Part shown: one piece after another, positions 50,626 to 59,538 of the stretch
How the letters are laid out: each line of letters begins with the position of its first letter
Position numbering within the stretch: position 1 is the first letter of the stretch
From: a virus
Virus record (IMG/VR): IMGVR_UViG_3300010373_000005
Location: 14,575-78,574 of that record
Reading direction: 5' to 3' (one strand)
Length of the DNA stretch: 64,000 nucleotides
Notes under the pieces: model-generated
Told to the model about the DNA's origin: nothing
The model's database searches: none
The model's input: only the letters and a program-made list of their open reading frames with translations
Translations under genes and position numbers: made by a program

Positions 50626-51332
50626 CCTGTCATGCACAGCGAGCCCTCCACTGACCTGCGCCAGCACTCGAGGCTGGGCGTTATGGTACTGTCCCACTCG
50701 CGTCGGTCGTACAGCTGACCCGCGTTGGCCCGCTCGTAGAACAGGCAGAACGCCTCTTCTCGCGGGAAGATGCCCGGCCATCCCTCGACGCCCATGAACG
50801 TCTGGTGCACATCGCGCCAGTTGAGCGACCGGGCACGCTCGTTCCTGAACCAGAACCACGTCCCGGAGAAGTGCCACCCGTGGTCTCGTATCCCGTCGGC
50901 CATGAACGCGCCGCAGACGTGCTTGCCCGAGCTGAACGCGCACTCGACCAGCTCGGGGTACTCCAGGCACGCTGCAGCCATAGCCTCGCGCCACAGGTGA
51001 GGGGCCTCACGCGGGCTCTCGTGCGTGGCGCCCTTGGCGTGGCAGAAGAACGTGATCCCTGGCTGGTCGATGACCTGCTCTAGAGCAGGGAGGAAGTATC
51101 TCGTCTCGCGCAGGTTCGGGTCGTTCTTGCCTAGCATGAACTCCGTGTCGGTGCTGAACGCGCGCAGCGAGTCGACCACTTCCGCGTGTTCCACGCAGCA
51201 CTGGTCGGTGGCCACGGCGATCACCTTCCTGCCGTCGAACTGGTGCCAGTGCCGTGACAGGTGCTCTGCCGTGCGGCGCCAGTGCCCGTTCTTTCGCGGG
51301 TAGAAGTAAGCTATCAGGTTGCGCTGGAGCAT
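50622..51332 (-). CDS. conserved unknown, island paralog 2 (236 aa)
   Basis: Track ORF 50622..51380 trimmed to ATG 51330-51332 (TGATG overlap with the upstream stop). This start aligns with the GTG start of paralog 1. Confidence 0.6.
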   Translation of the reverse strand: MLQRNLIAYFYPRKNGHWRRTAEHLSRHWHQFDGRKVIAVATDQCCVEHAEVVDSLRAFSTDTEFMLGKNDPNLRETRYFLPALEQVIDQPGITFFCHAKGATHESPREAPHLWREAMAAACLEYPELVECAFSSGKHVCGAFMADGIRDHGWHFSGTWFWFRNERARSLNWRDVHQTFMGVEGWPGIFPREEAFCLFYERANAGQLYDRREWDSTITPSLECWRRSVEGSLCMTG

Positions 51333-51718
51333 CAGTACCTTCTTTGCTTGCGTGTGATCCACCTGGTAAACGTCGGACACGGGTTGGGCAACAGTGGACA
51401 GTAGTAGTTAAGCCATGCCTTTCTGGAGCCGCACCTACAACCAGGCCAAGGTCTTACCTTATTGAGAGTGATAATCGTTATAGCTATTGCGACTATATCT
51501 CCTAGTCCAAGAGACCAGACACCTGGCACCGCGTCTACGCACGGGGCTCCCCCAACTTGCTCCCAATGATTGTAATATCCCAAGTTTGTCTTGCACAATG
51601 AATGCCCATGCGCGTTCAATGTGCAGCCTATGCGAGAGCAATAACCAGGCTTCTCGCACGCGCACGGCGTGACGTGCGTAGCTGCCTCTAATACATTATC
51701 ACAAGGCGTGCAGCTCAA
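51332..51718 (-). CDS. Cys-rich protein with one TM-like segment (128 aa), low-GC
   Basis: Track ORF 51332..51829, with the start placed at TTG 51716-51718 (TTGA overlap with the upstream stop). About a dozen Cys residues. LGLGDIVAIAITIITL followed by GCRCGSRKAWLN. Confidence 0.45.
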   Translation of the reverse strand: MSCTPCDNVLEAATHVTPCACEKPGYCSRIGCTLNAHGHSLCKTNLGYYNHWEQVGGAPCVDAVPGVWSLGLGDIVAIAITIITLNKVRPWPGCRCGSRKAWLNYYCPLLPNPCPTFTRWITRKQRRY

Positions 51719-52461
51719 AACGTCACCGTAGCTGTGTGAGCTGGGCACGCGATTCCATGTGTCGTCGCACAGTTTGGGGCTGGGTTTGGTAGTTGCCCAT
51801 ACGTGAATACCACATTGAATGGGCTGCACGAGCAGCTAGTCTGCGAGTACGCGCATGCAGCTGGATAGCTGACCCCTTGGCACGCCGGAAAATTGGCAGG
51901 GCTCATACACCCGTAGCACGCGAATGAGCACACGCATGGCGGAGGACCGAGAGTGTCAAGTATGGAGACACTGAGCGTCCAATGTGCACACCCGGTGGCT
52001 CCTGCCAATCCCGATGTACATGTGAATGTGTAGTTTACATAGCATATAGAACCGGTCAGAGGCCCTATCCAACCGAAGCCTGGAGGGTTATGACGAGTGT
52101 CTGCGTTCGACCACGAGAACGGGTCTCCCGCCTTGTTGTTTATCAAAGCTATAGTCTGTCCGCTTGTCAGTGCGTCACAGTTCCCGTTGGCAGATAATGT
52201 CAGATGCAGAGTGCTGGGCAATCCTACGCCAGGACAGCACGCGTTCTGTATACCAGAGATACTGCTCGATGCTGCCGCGGCTCCGCACGTGCAGCACGAC
52301 GCGCTTCCTGCAGGGTCCCTCCAGATCTTCTTCCAGTTGCGTGGGTCGAGTCGGTCGCGCCACAGGCGCAGCTTGTTGTCGAGGTCTGACTCGTCGTGCC
52401 AGAACCTGCGCTCGGGCAGACGCGAGGCCCTCGGTGCTCGTAGGGGTATGAGCGATCTCAT
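51715..52461 (-). CDS. Cys-rich protein (248 aa), low-GC; possible fibre-associated or receptor-binding component
   Basis: Track ORF immediately downstream of the fibre gene. About 20 Cys residues, several in CxC/CC clusters (PPCVCSFACYGC, SCSCS). Confidence 0.5.
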   Translation of the reverse strand: MRSLIPLRAPRASRLPERRFWHDESDLDNKLRLWRDRLDPRNWKKIWRDPAGSASCCTCGAAAASSSISGIQNACCPGVGLPSTLHLTLSANGNCDALTSGQTIALINNKAGDPFSWSNADTRHNPPGFGWIGPLTGSICYVNYTFTCTSGLAGATGCAHWTLSVSILDTLGPPPCVCSFACYGCMSPANFPACQGVSYPAACAYSQTSCSCSPFNVVFTYGQLPNPAPNCATTHGIACPAHTATVTF

Positions 52462-52474
52462 TCCAACACCATTG

Positions 52475-54283
52475 TCATTGCGAGTGGAACCAGTCTATTA
52501 TCCACTGCTTGCCGGCCTTGCGGAACTTCACGCCGCACACCTTGCCGGCCTTCACCGTGCAGCTCGTGTAGTTCGTTACTGGGTTGATCGTAGTGCTGCT
52601 GGCAGTGCCCAGGTTGGTGCCAGTGTATATCGTCAGCGTCCCGGTGCCGTCAGGCGCCACGTCTGCCGTGGTCTGACCGAAGCACTCGTAGTCAGGGTCC
52701 TCCACCTCGTAGTCCACCTTGGCCTGACACACGCATATCCGGTACGTGGTCGACGGAAGGCACACCCCATACCGGATGTTAGCGTTGAGCGTGAGTCCCG
52801 TGTCCGTCTCAGCGTCCACCGTCCCGTTGAAGATCTTGAAACTCTGCGTGGCGGCGGGCCCGACGACTGGGCTGCTGCTCACGAGCTGGCCGACGACTGT
52901 AAGCTCTGGGTCTATCACCTCGAACTGCTTCGGGCCCCACACCAGCGTGTACGTCTCTCCAGTGAAGACCAGCCCGTCGCGCAGGTACGCTAGCGTGGTG
53001 ACGCCCGTGGACGTCTCAGCCCCGATAGTGCCGGAGTAGATAGTGGCCGTGAGGTTGTTGCCGGCCTTGTACGCGGTGATGCTGCCCGTGGCGGAGAATT
53101 GCGCGTACACCGCTGTCTCTGGGTCCAGCACCTCCCACCCTCCGGTGGTCCATCCGAGGGTGTACACCACGGTAGTCACAACGGCGCCTCGTCGCACGAA
53201 CGCGTTCACGGTGGGACTGCCTGTGACCGGAGACTCAGAGCCCATGGACCCGTCGTAGATGGTTGCCGTCCCGCTGTTCCCTGCTGCCACGGCCCCGCCC
53301 AAGAACTGGGCGAAGCACAGCACGTGCGGGTCGAGCACGTACATGGCACCGAGCGCGTCGAACCCGATCTGGTAGTTCTTCCCGAACAGGCAGATCCCTG
53401 CCGCGACATTCACGCCCGTGACGGTGAACGGGGTACCAGTCCCGTTGGCCACCGTGAACGAACCAGTGTTACCTGCGGTCACCCCACTTGCCGACGCCGG
53501 GGTACCCGTCATGATCTCACCGTAGGACTCGACCACCTCCCATCCGCGGGTGCCGTAGTCCCACTCGCACCTGACCCACATCCCGGCCGGGATGTTGTAG
53601 AACCTGCTGTACACGTTGGAGACGTTCGCCCCAGTCGATGTCTCGCTGCCCGGCGTGCCTGGCGCTCCAGTGTAGACCGTCACCCTGCCGGCAGCGCCCT
53701 GCCCTATGGCGTCGAGCGTCTGGCCGACGAACTGCAGCATCTGCTCAGACACTACGGCCACGTAGTGCCTCGTGGTGTCCGTCACGCCAAGGACTATGAA
53801 CCCTCCGGTGTTCTTCTTGAGCAGGTTGGTCCCTGACCGCGGGCCCCAGCACTCTCCCGCCGCGGGAGTCCCGTCCCCACTGTCGTATGCCACTACGTAC
53901 GTAGGGCCCTTCTGGGCCCTGCCGGAGGTCTGGTGCTTGATGCCTGATGGTCCCGCGACGAAGAAGTCCGCCTGACACCCGTAAACGTCCGGCTGCTTGG
54001 TCTTTGGGAGTACTCGCGGGGCGCTCCCGTTCACACCGTTGGCCAACATCACACCGAACGCCGGGCAGTCCGCGCTCGCCTCACCGTTGAACACGAGCTG
54101 CCATGGGGAGGCATTCCGCAGCGAGGGTCTCTGCACGTCGGCGAACTGGTCGCTGTAGTTCGTGCGAGAGGCCGGGTATCCGTCCGACTTGCATATGTCG
54201 ACCATGCCGTTGTACGTCGACAGGTCGACGTATGAGTCCGACTCTCTCGCTGATCGCAGCTTGTCGCGTGAATTGTTGTGCAT
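52475..54283 (-). CDS. tail fibre / side-fibre protein built from about six tandem ~60-aa repeats (602 aa)
   Basis: Recurrent module G-T-(A/L)-T-I-Y-x-G-x-x-G-x-E-(T/S)-x-T-G ... Y-x-L-x-W ... W/F-E-V-x-D-P-E. Its position is after the tape-measure and distal tail genes. Confidence 0.55.
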   Translation of the reverse strand: MHNNSRDKLRSARESDSYVDLSTYNGMVDICKSDGYPASRTNYSDQFADVQRPSLRNASPWQLVFNGEASADCPAFGVMLANGVNGSAPRVLPKTKQPDVYGCQADFFVAGPSGIKHQTSGRAQKGPTYVVAYDSGDGTPAAGECWGPRSGTNLLKKNTGGFIVLGVTDTTRHYVAVVSEQMLQFVGQTLDAIGQGAAGRVTVYTGAPGTPGSETSTGANVSNVYSRFYNIPAGMWVRCEWDYGTRGWEVVESYGEIMTGTPASASGVTAGNTGSFTVANGTGTPFTVTGVNVAAGICLFGKNYQIGFDALGAMYVLDPHVLCFAQFLGGAVAAGNSGTATIYDGSMGSESPVTGSPTVNAFVRRGAVVTTVVYTLGWTTGGWEVLDPETAVYAQFSATGSITAYKAGNNLTATIYSGTIGAETSTGVTTLAYLRDGLVFTGETYTLVWGPKQFEVIDPELTVVGQLVSSSPVVGPAATQSFKIFNGTVDAETDTGLTLNANIRYGVCLPSTTYRICVCQAKVDYEVEDPDYECFGQTTADVAPDGTGTLTIYTGTNLGTASSTTINPVTNYTSCTVKAGKVCGVKFRKAGKQWIIDWFHSQ

Positions 54284-54301
54284 GCGACTGATACTTCAAG
54301 T

Positions 54302-55084
54302 TCAATATGGGAACTGCACGGCCAGGATGTTGGAGAAGTCGGCGAGAGGATAGCTAAGCACCGCTCCGCCCGTGGCCTTCAGCAGGATGCGCTGCCATGT
54401 TCCGGTGTCGGCTCGGTAGTAGGTGTTCCAACCGTTCGGGTTGTAGGTGAACCTCTTCACCATGTCGAACTGCAGGTCGCCGATCGAGTTGTACTTCGAG
54501 TTGATGACGGGCGGCGCGAACAGCAGCGTCTCCGCGTCGAAAGTCCAGCCGGTCAGACCGCTCGTGAACGCCGCGACGTTCACGCTGCCGGGAAGCGTGA
54601 TCAGATCGTTCGTCAGAGGGGGGTTGACGTACAGTTCCGTGCGCGTGAGGTTCAGACCGCGCTTCAGGACGCCGGGAGCCTCGTCGTCGTCCAGCGCCGT
54701 TCCGTCAGACCACGTGAAGAACTCGGGCGGCAGGTTGACGAATTCTGTAGTGGGTTCCAGCGACTCAGTGATCAGCTCCACCTTCTTGGTAGAGTAGTGG
54801 ATCGTCACCAGCGCGTCGGTAGGCATGATCATCTGCCCGCTGATCGCGCCTGCCTGGTCGGAGGCCGGGGCAATTCCCGCGCCGTACGCGAGCGGCGTGA
54901 GCGACGCAGTCCCCTTCGGCCACGGCCTGTGGTTGAACAGGATGTCGCTGGCTATCGTGTGCCTGTCGCCCCACGCGCAGCGCAGCGTGACGGACGCGGT
55001 CATCAGGCCGCGCTCGTCGTCGTACGCCTCGTTGCACGAGTTGATCTCCTCCGCGCACGGAGCTGCAGACGTGTAGGCCCCCAT
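54302..55084 (-). CDS. tail protein (distal-tail position) (260 aa)
   Basis: Track ORF directly after the tape-measure gene (stop/start adjacent). The function is inferred from synteny only. Confidence 0.45.
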   Translation of the reverse strand: MGAYTSAAPCAEEINSCNEAYDDERGLMTASVTLRCAWGDRHTIASDILFNHRPWPKGTASLTPLAYGAGIAPASDQAGAISGQMIMPTDALVTIHYSTKKVELITESLEPTTEFVNLPPEFFTWSDGTALDDDEAPGVLKRGLNLTRTELYVNPPLTNDLITLPGSVNVAAFTSGLTGWTFDAETLLFAPPVINSKYNSIGDLQFDMVKRFTYNPNGWNTYYRADTGTWQRILLKATGGAVLSYPLADFSNILAVQFPY

Positions 55085-57475
55085 CTAGAACCCTCCCCCT
55101 GGGAACGTGACAGGGACGTCCCTGAACAAGGCGCCACGACCCATGGCTGGTGCTATGCCACCGTCTGCCATCCTGCGCGGATTCGCCTCCTTCACGGCGT
55201 CCTTCACATCCTTGAGCACCGCGATCGTGTCGTTCGCCTTGCCCAGGTCCTCCGCGTGCCACTTGGCCATGTAACCAGTCTGCTTGTCGATGGCCCTGGC
55301 TTCCGCCGACTGCAGCGCAGCTCCCTGGATGCGCCGGTTGAGCTCCAGCAGCTCGGTGAACGGTCCGGGTCCTCCGCCACCACCCTTGGAGTCTCCTGCG
55401 CCCTTCTTGCCGAAGAAGAAGTCAGCCTTGGAAGGCGTATTGAGGAACGAGTCCTGAGCCTTCGTGGCGTCCTTGATGTCCTTCAGGAACTGGTCCAGGC
55501 GCGCCTGGTTGTCCTTCAGGTTCTTGTCGAAGCCGGCTCCGAACCCAGCGTCACCGTTTCCATGAAGGTCATCGAGCTTCTTTTTCAACCCGTCAACTAG
55601 ATTACCCGCGCCCCCTCCACCGTTTCCGAACGCCCCTGCGAACTTGTTCTTGGCATCATCCGCCATCTTGGCGGCTTTATCTCTAGCATCATCGAACGCC
55701 TTGCCGACCTTATCCATGGCGTCAAATGCCGGCTTCATGGCATCCTTCACCTTCGTACCCAGGGCGAACATCACGTTGACACCGAGCAGGCGGAACCATT
55801 CGAATATCTCCTCAAATACGGTGCCTGCACCACTCTCCATCCCGCCGAAGAAATTCATCACGACGTCTAGCATCCCTCCGAACACATCTTGCGCAGTCCT
55901 GAACATGCCCTTAAGCTCTTGCCCAACGAGCCCTCCCATGAGTTCGAACGTCTTTATAGTCAGAGACGCGAGGCCTTCGAACACTATCTTAACTGCCTGC
56001 AGCAGCTCGTAAAAAGCTCCTACGATGTGTTTAATGACGAAGCGAGGCACTGCTAGCAGGTAGTCCCAGTAGAACTTAGCTGCGTAATACCCCATCTTCC
56101 ACCCAGTAACTGAAAGATCGATGAACAGGTCAAACATCGCCTTGAACATCACCACAGCGAACGCGGTAAAGCCGACTAACGCATGAAACCAGTCCATCAT
56201 AGGGATGCCTATCATTTCCCACGCCTTACCCGCGATGTCTACCATAGAGTTCCACATCTTAGAGAAGAACTCCGACACTGAGCCCCATACATTCAGAAGT
56301 AATCCTGCAGCAACGGTCCCTGCTGCGGCGATACTCTTCCATACCTCCTTAGACCACTCGAGCACGCGTCCTAGTAGTCGAGTAGACTGCTCTACTAGCC
56401 ATTGAACCCCCTGCACGACGAAGATGAGTGACTGCAATGCGACAGCCTGGGCGTCCCTCCATAGTACCTTCCAGAACACGCCCCAGTTCTGCGCAAGAGT
56501 CTGTATGTACGTGAAAGTCCGTAGCCCAGCCTTGAGCAGGTAGTCGAACGCGATCTTGGAGACCTTCATCAGCTCGTCGAATATTTTCCCGCTGATGCCC
56601 GTAGGCTTAATTTTTCCGACCAAGAAATCGACAACTCGCGCAGCCTTCTCCATAATCGGGATCAGTTTCTCCTGGATCACCGGCACGAGCAACGACCCGA
56701 GCTTCATGAAGATGTTGTCGATCGCATTGCCGAGCTTTGCCATTTGCCCCACGAACGTCTTAGTAGCTGCCTGCCCGGCTCCACCGTAGAGCTCGTTCAG
56801 CTTCTCCAGGACCATTCGCTGCAGGCCCATCACGTCCTTATTCTTGAGCGCCACGTTGATCATCTCCTTCTGGCGCTTCGTGAACTCGATACCCTGCTCG
56901 TCGAGGTCCTTCAGGGCCTGGATCGGGTCGTTGAGCTGCTTGCCGAGATCTCCCACAGCAGAGGACAGCGACCCACCGATGACCGCTGCCAGGTCGCTCG
57001 CCGTCTTGAGCGCATCGAGGAACACGTCCCCGCGCACGTTCTTGAACTGCAGCAGGGTCTGCTGCGCATTGCGCCATGCCTCTGCGCCGTGTACCGACAT
57101 CTCCTGCAAGTGACGGTTCATCTTCTCGAGCGCGTCGGCCGCGAATCCAGCAGCACTCTGGGTCGCCTTGATGTTGGCGACCAGCTGGGTTATATCGGCC
57201 TGCGCGGCCGTGAACTGCCTCGTGCCCGTCTTGAGCTTGTCCCACACGGTGTCGATGAGAGTCTGCACGTAGTCGACGGCAGTCTGCCACGCCTGCCTGC
57301 CGAGCACCGCGGCTGCCACGATAGCCTCGCCCACCTTGCGCCACTTGTCCTGGGCTGCCTCGCCGACCGAGTTGACGTGCTGGCCGAGCTTGGTCCAGGT
57401 GTCCTCCACCTGCGAGATGGCGTCGTCCATCTCGTCCTTCTTAAGGCCTAGCTCGACTTCCGACTTGTCCGCCAC
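55085..57475 (-). CDS. tail tape measure protein (796 aa)
   Basis: Long, helical and Gly/Ala/Lys-rich, with hydrophobic central helices. It follows the G/GT chaperone pair. Confidence 0.8.
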   Translation of the reverse strand: MADKSEVELGLKKDEMDDAISQVEDTWTKLGQHVNSVGEAAQDKWRKVGEAIVAAAVLGRQAWQTAVDYVQTLIDTVWDKLKTGTRQFTAAQADITQLVANIKATQSAAGFAADALEKMNRHLQEMSVHGAEAWRNAQQTLLQFKNVRGDVFLDALKTASDLAAVIGGSLSSAVGDLGKQLNDPIQALKDLDEQGIEFTKRQKEMINVALKNKDVMGLQRMVLEKLNELYGGAGQAATKTFVGQMAKLGNAIDNIFMKLGSLLVPVIQEKLIPIMEKAARVVDFLVGKIKPTGISGKIFDELMKVSKIAFDYLLKAGLRTFTYIQTLAQNWGVFWKVLWRDAQAVALQSLIFVVQGVQWLVEQSTRLLGRVLEWSKEVWKSIAAAGTVAAGLLLNVWGSVSEFFSKMWNSMVDIAGKAWEMIGIPMMDWFHALVGFTAFAVVMFKAMFDLFIDLSVTGWKMGYYAAKFYWDYLLAVPRFVIKHIVGAFYELLQAVKIVFEGLASLTIKTFELMGGLVGQELKGMFRTAQDVFGGMLDVVMNFFGGMESGAGTVFEEIFEWFRLLGVNVMFALGTKVKDAMKPAFDAMDKVGKAFDDARDKAAKMADDAKNKFAGAFGNGGGGAGNLVDGLKKKLDDLHGNGDAGFGAGFDKNLKDNQARLDQFLKDIKDATKAQDSFLNTPSKADFFFGKKGAGDSKGGGGGPGPFTELLELNRRIQGAALQSAEARAIDKQTGYMAKWHAEDLGKANDTIAVLKDVKDAVKEANPRRMADGGIAPAMGRGALFRDVPVTFPGGGF

Positions 57476-57645
57476 TTCAGGTACTCCTCGTAGTTGGCAA
57501 ACGTCTCCGTGTTCGGCAGCTTGTCTGGCGACTTATCGCTGCTCTGCAGGAAGTGCCACTGGTCTGTCGGAGACAGGCTCGCTATCTGATCCCTGCTCCA
57601 CTTGTACCGCTCCGCCAGCTCGCGATACACGTCCTCCTTGGTCAT
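57448..57645 (-). CDS. tail assembly chaperone T-frame segment (expressed as a G-T fusion by -1 frameshift)
   Basis: This ORF is in the -1 frame relative to 57642..58094 and overlaps its stop (ATGA). See the slippery site at 57648-57654. Confidence 0.55.
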   Translation of the reverse strand: MTKEDVYRELAERYKWSRDQIASLSPTDQWHFLQSSDKSPDKLPNTETFANYEEYLKWRTSRKSS

Positions 57646-58094
57646 TCTTTTGGGGACCCCTCCGACGGGGCCGACACCTCCTCCTTCGAGGAGTCTGGAG
57701 GAGGCGCATTCTGCTCTGCGAACTTCTCGTTGAACTCCAGGACGCTGGTGGGGTCCTGAAGGAGAGAGATCACCTTCTGGTGCGTCAATCTCGGGTGCGC
57801 CTTCTTGAGGGTCTGCAGCACGATACGTGCCACGCCCTCGATCGAGAAAAGGTACTGCTTGCAGACGGGCTGCATCCAGCTGGTCACCTTGCGGGACTCG
57901 GCGATGGCGGCCCTCATGACGTCGTCGCGGTAGTCCGCGTCCGCGTCCGGTGGTATCAGGTCGCGGGCCATCTTGACGATGGATGAGCGCACCCAGTTGG
58001 TGAGCTCATCGTTGTCCTTGTCGGACAGCGTGTGCATCGTGTACTCTTGACCGCCCAGGAATATGGGCATGCCTGCGCCGCTTATCTGCGACAT
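57642..58094 (-). CDS. tail assembly chaperone (gpG-like) (150 aa)
   Basis: Located between the major tail and tape-measure genes. It ends with the slippery heptamer followed by GAA TGA. Confidence 0.6.
   Translation of the reverse strand: MSQISGAGMPIFLGGQEYTMHTLSDKDNDELTNWVRSSIVKMARDLIPPDADADYRDDVMRAAIAESRKVTSWMQPVCKQYLFSIEGVARIVLQTLKKAHPRLTHQKVISLLQDPTSVLEFNEKFAEQNAPPPDSSKEEVSAPSEGSPKE
57648..57654 (-). promoter_or_regulatory. -1 programmed ribosomal frameshift heptamer C CCA AAA
   Basis: Minus strand in the G frame: GGG TCC CCA AAA GAA TGA. A -1 slip reads CCC AAA AGA ATG ACC AAG..., which is in frame with 57448..57645. Confidence 0.6.
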
Positions 58095-58104
58095 TCGAGT
58101 GATC
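58094..58104 (-). promoter_or_regulatory. leader motif GATCACTCGAA, abutting the start codon
   Basis: Plus-strand ttcgagtgatc. Here the motif overlaps the ATG 58092-58094 and follows GGAGGA. Confidence 0.35.
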
Positions 58105-58124
58105 CTCCGATTGACGAACTAGTA

Positions 58125-58994
58125 CTACGACTGCGCGACCGGCCACCAGGTCGTGCCGTCAGGCTTGAGTATCTCGCCGAGAGTTCCGTCGCTGACGTCG
58201 GCGCAGTTCCACTCGAGCGCCACCGTCTGCTGAATGATGGCCCCAGAGTCCCTGTCGACGGTGATGCCGGTGAAGTCCTTCACCAGCACGTACGCGATGA
58301 GGAAGTAATGGGTGGCGTCGACGAAGCACTTGAGCGTGAGCTGCTGACCCTTGATGAAGCGCGCCCTGTCGACGCTCTGCTCGACCACGCTGGCAGTCAA
58401 GTCGATAGGTCCAGACCGCCTGCCCTTCCACTGGTGCGGGGCGACATACGTGCTCGAGTTGCTGAACTCCTGTACCGCGTTCATGATTGTCAGGTTCGCC
58501 TGGACCATGTTCGTCCAGTCGGTGAACGGTCCCGCGATGCCGGCAGTCGAGTACTGCCACTTGGTGCCGATCACGGACGGGATGACCGGCACAGACGCGT
58601 CCAGCACAGGCCCGGTGGAAGGAGTCGCAGTGAGCGCGAGGTCTCCGTCGAAGTCGAACGTGTAGTTGATGATGTCGCCGCCGGCCCAGTTCCAGTCGAT
58701 GGCGAGCTGCTTGATCATCGCGTTGCCGGAGTACTCTTCGCCCACCCCGTACGAGTCGTTGTCGGGAGCCTCGTAACCGACGAACGCGATCAGGTCGCCC
58801 GGCATGAAGACCGGGTCGATGGCGCTCTGGATGAACTGGCCGTTCCACTCCTCGACACCCGGCTTGCGGGCCGTGCCGAACGCGGTCGCGCTCGTGACTG
58901 CGCGCGCCAGTGTCTGCGCGTCGTTGATCGACCACTTGCGGATCGAGGGCACGCCGTTGACCGTCCCGAACTTACCACCGTGTGTTCCTGGCAT
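58125..58994 (-). CDS. major tail protein (by position) (289 aa)
   Basis: Track ORF located between the tail-completion gene and the chaperones. No named motif. Confidence 0.5.
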   Translation of the reverse strand: MPGTHGGKFGTVNGVPSIRKWSINDAQTLARAVTSATAFGTARKPGVEEWNGQFIQSAIDPVFMPGDLIAFVGYEAPDNDSYGVGEEYSGNAMIKQLAIDWNWAGGDIINYTFDFDGDLALTATPSTGPVLDASVPVIPSVIGTKWQYSTAGIAGPFTDWTNMVQANLTIMNAVQEFSNSSTYVAPHQWKGRRSGPIDLTASVVEQSVDRARFIKGQQLTLKCFVDATHYFLIAYVLVKDFTGITVDRDSGAIIQQTVALEWNCADVSDGTLGEILKPDGTTWWPVAQS

Positions 58995-58995
58995 C

Positions 58996-59538
58996 CTAGT
59001 TCCCCATGAGGAGGTTGTCGTTCTGTGCTATGCAGTCGGAGGTGGCGAACTGCGCGTACACCTCGCATGACCAGATGGAGCTGAAGCCCCGTATCCCGCG
59101 ATTCTTCTCCAGGTCGGTGAGTCCGATCGAGGCCTGCCCGACGTTGGCCAGCTTAGTGAAAGACTTACCCTGCCAGGTCATGTCGTTGATGGCCTTCTGC
59201 CACCCGCACATGGCGCAGTAGATCGCCCACATCACCGGAAGTATGTTGCGTACCACGTTCACGTCGCCGGTAGCGATCCACCACTCGAACGTGATCCTGA
59301 AGTCCGACGTGCTGCTCGTGCAGTGGATGTTGCCGCTGCCCTGGGAGACGACCAGCGTCACCTCCGGCAGGTCACCGTCAGACACCTCGTTCTTGTCCAT
59401 CGGCGTCCACGTCGGGTCGTTGAACTTGATCCGATTGTTCATCCGTACCAGGCTCTTGAACAGCACGCTGGACTCAGCCATGTCCCACAGCTTGTTGTAG
59501 ATCATGGAGAGAGGGTCTTGCGCAGGAGTAGGAGGCAT
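58996..59538 (-). CDS. tail completion / terminator-position protein (180 aa)
   Basis: Called from synteny only. Confidence 0.4.
   Translation of the reverse strand: MPPTPAQDPLSMIYNKLWDMAESSVLFKSLVRMNNRIKFNDPTWTPMDKNEVSDGDLPEVTLVVSQGSGNIHCTSSTSDFRITFEWWIATGDVNVVRNILPVMWAIYCAMCGWQKAINDMTWQGKSFTKLANVGQASIGLTDLEKNRGIRGFSSIWSCEVYAQFATSDCIAQNDNLLMGN

Noticed and set aside
52475-54283. A diversity-generating retroelement acting on the repeat-rich fibre.
   Set aside because: There is no reverse transcriptase gene in the window, and I found no near-identical template/variable repeat pair with A-specific differences.
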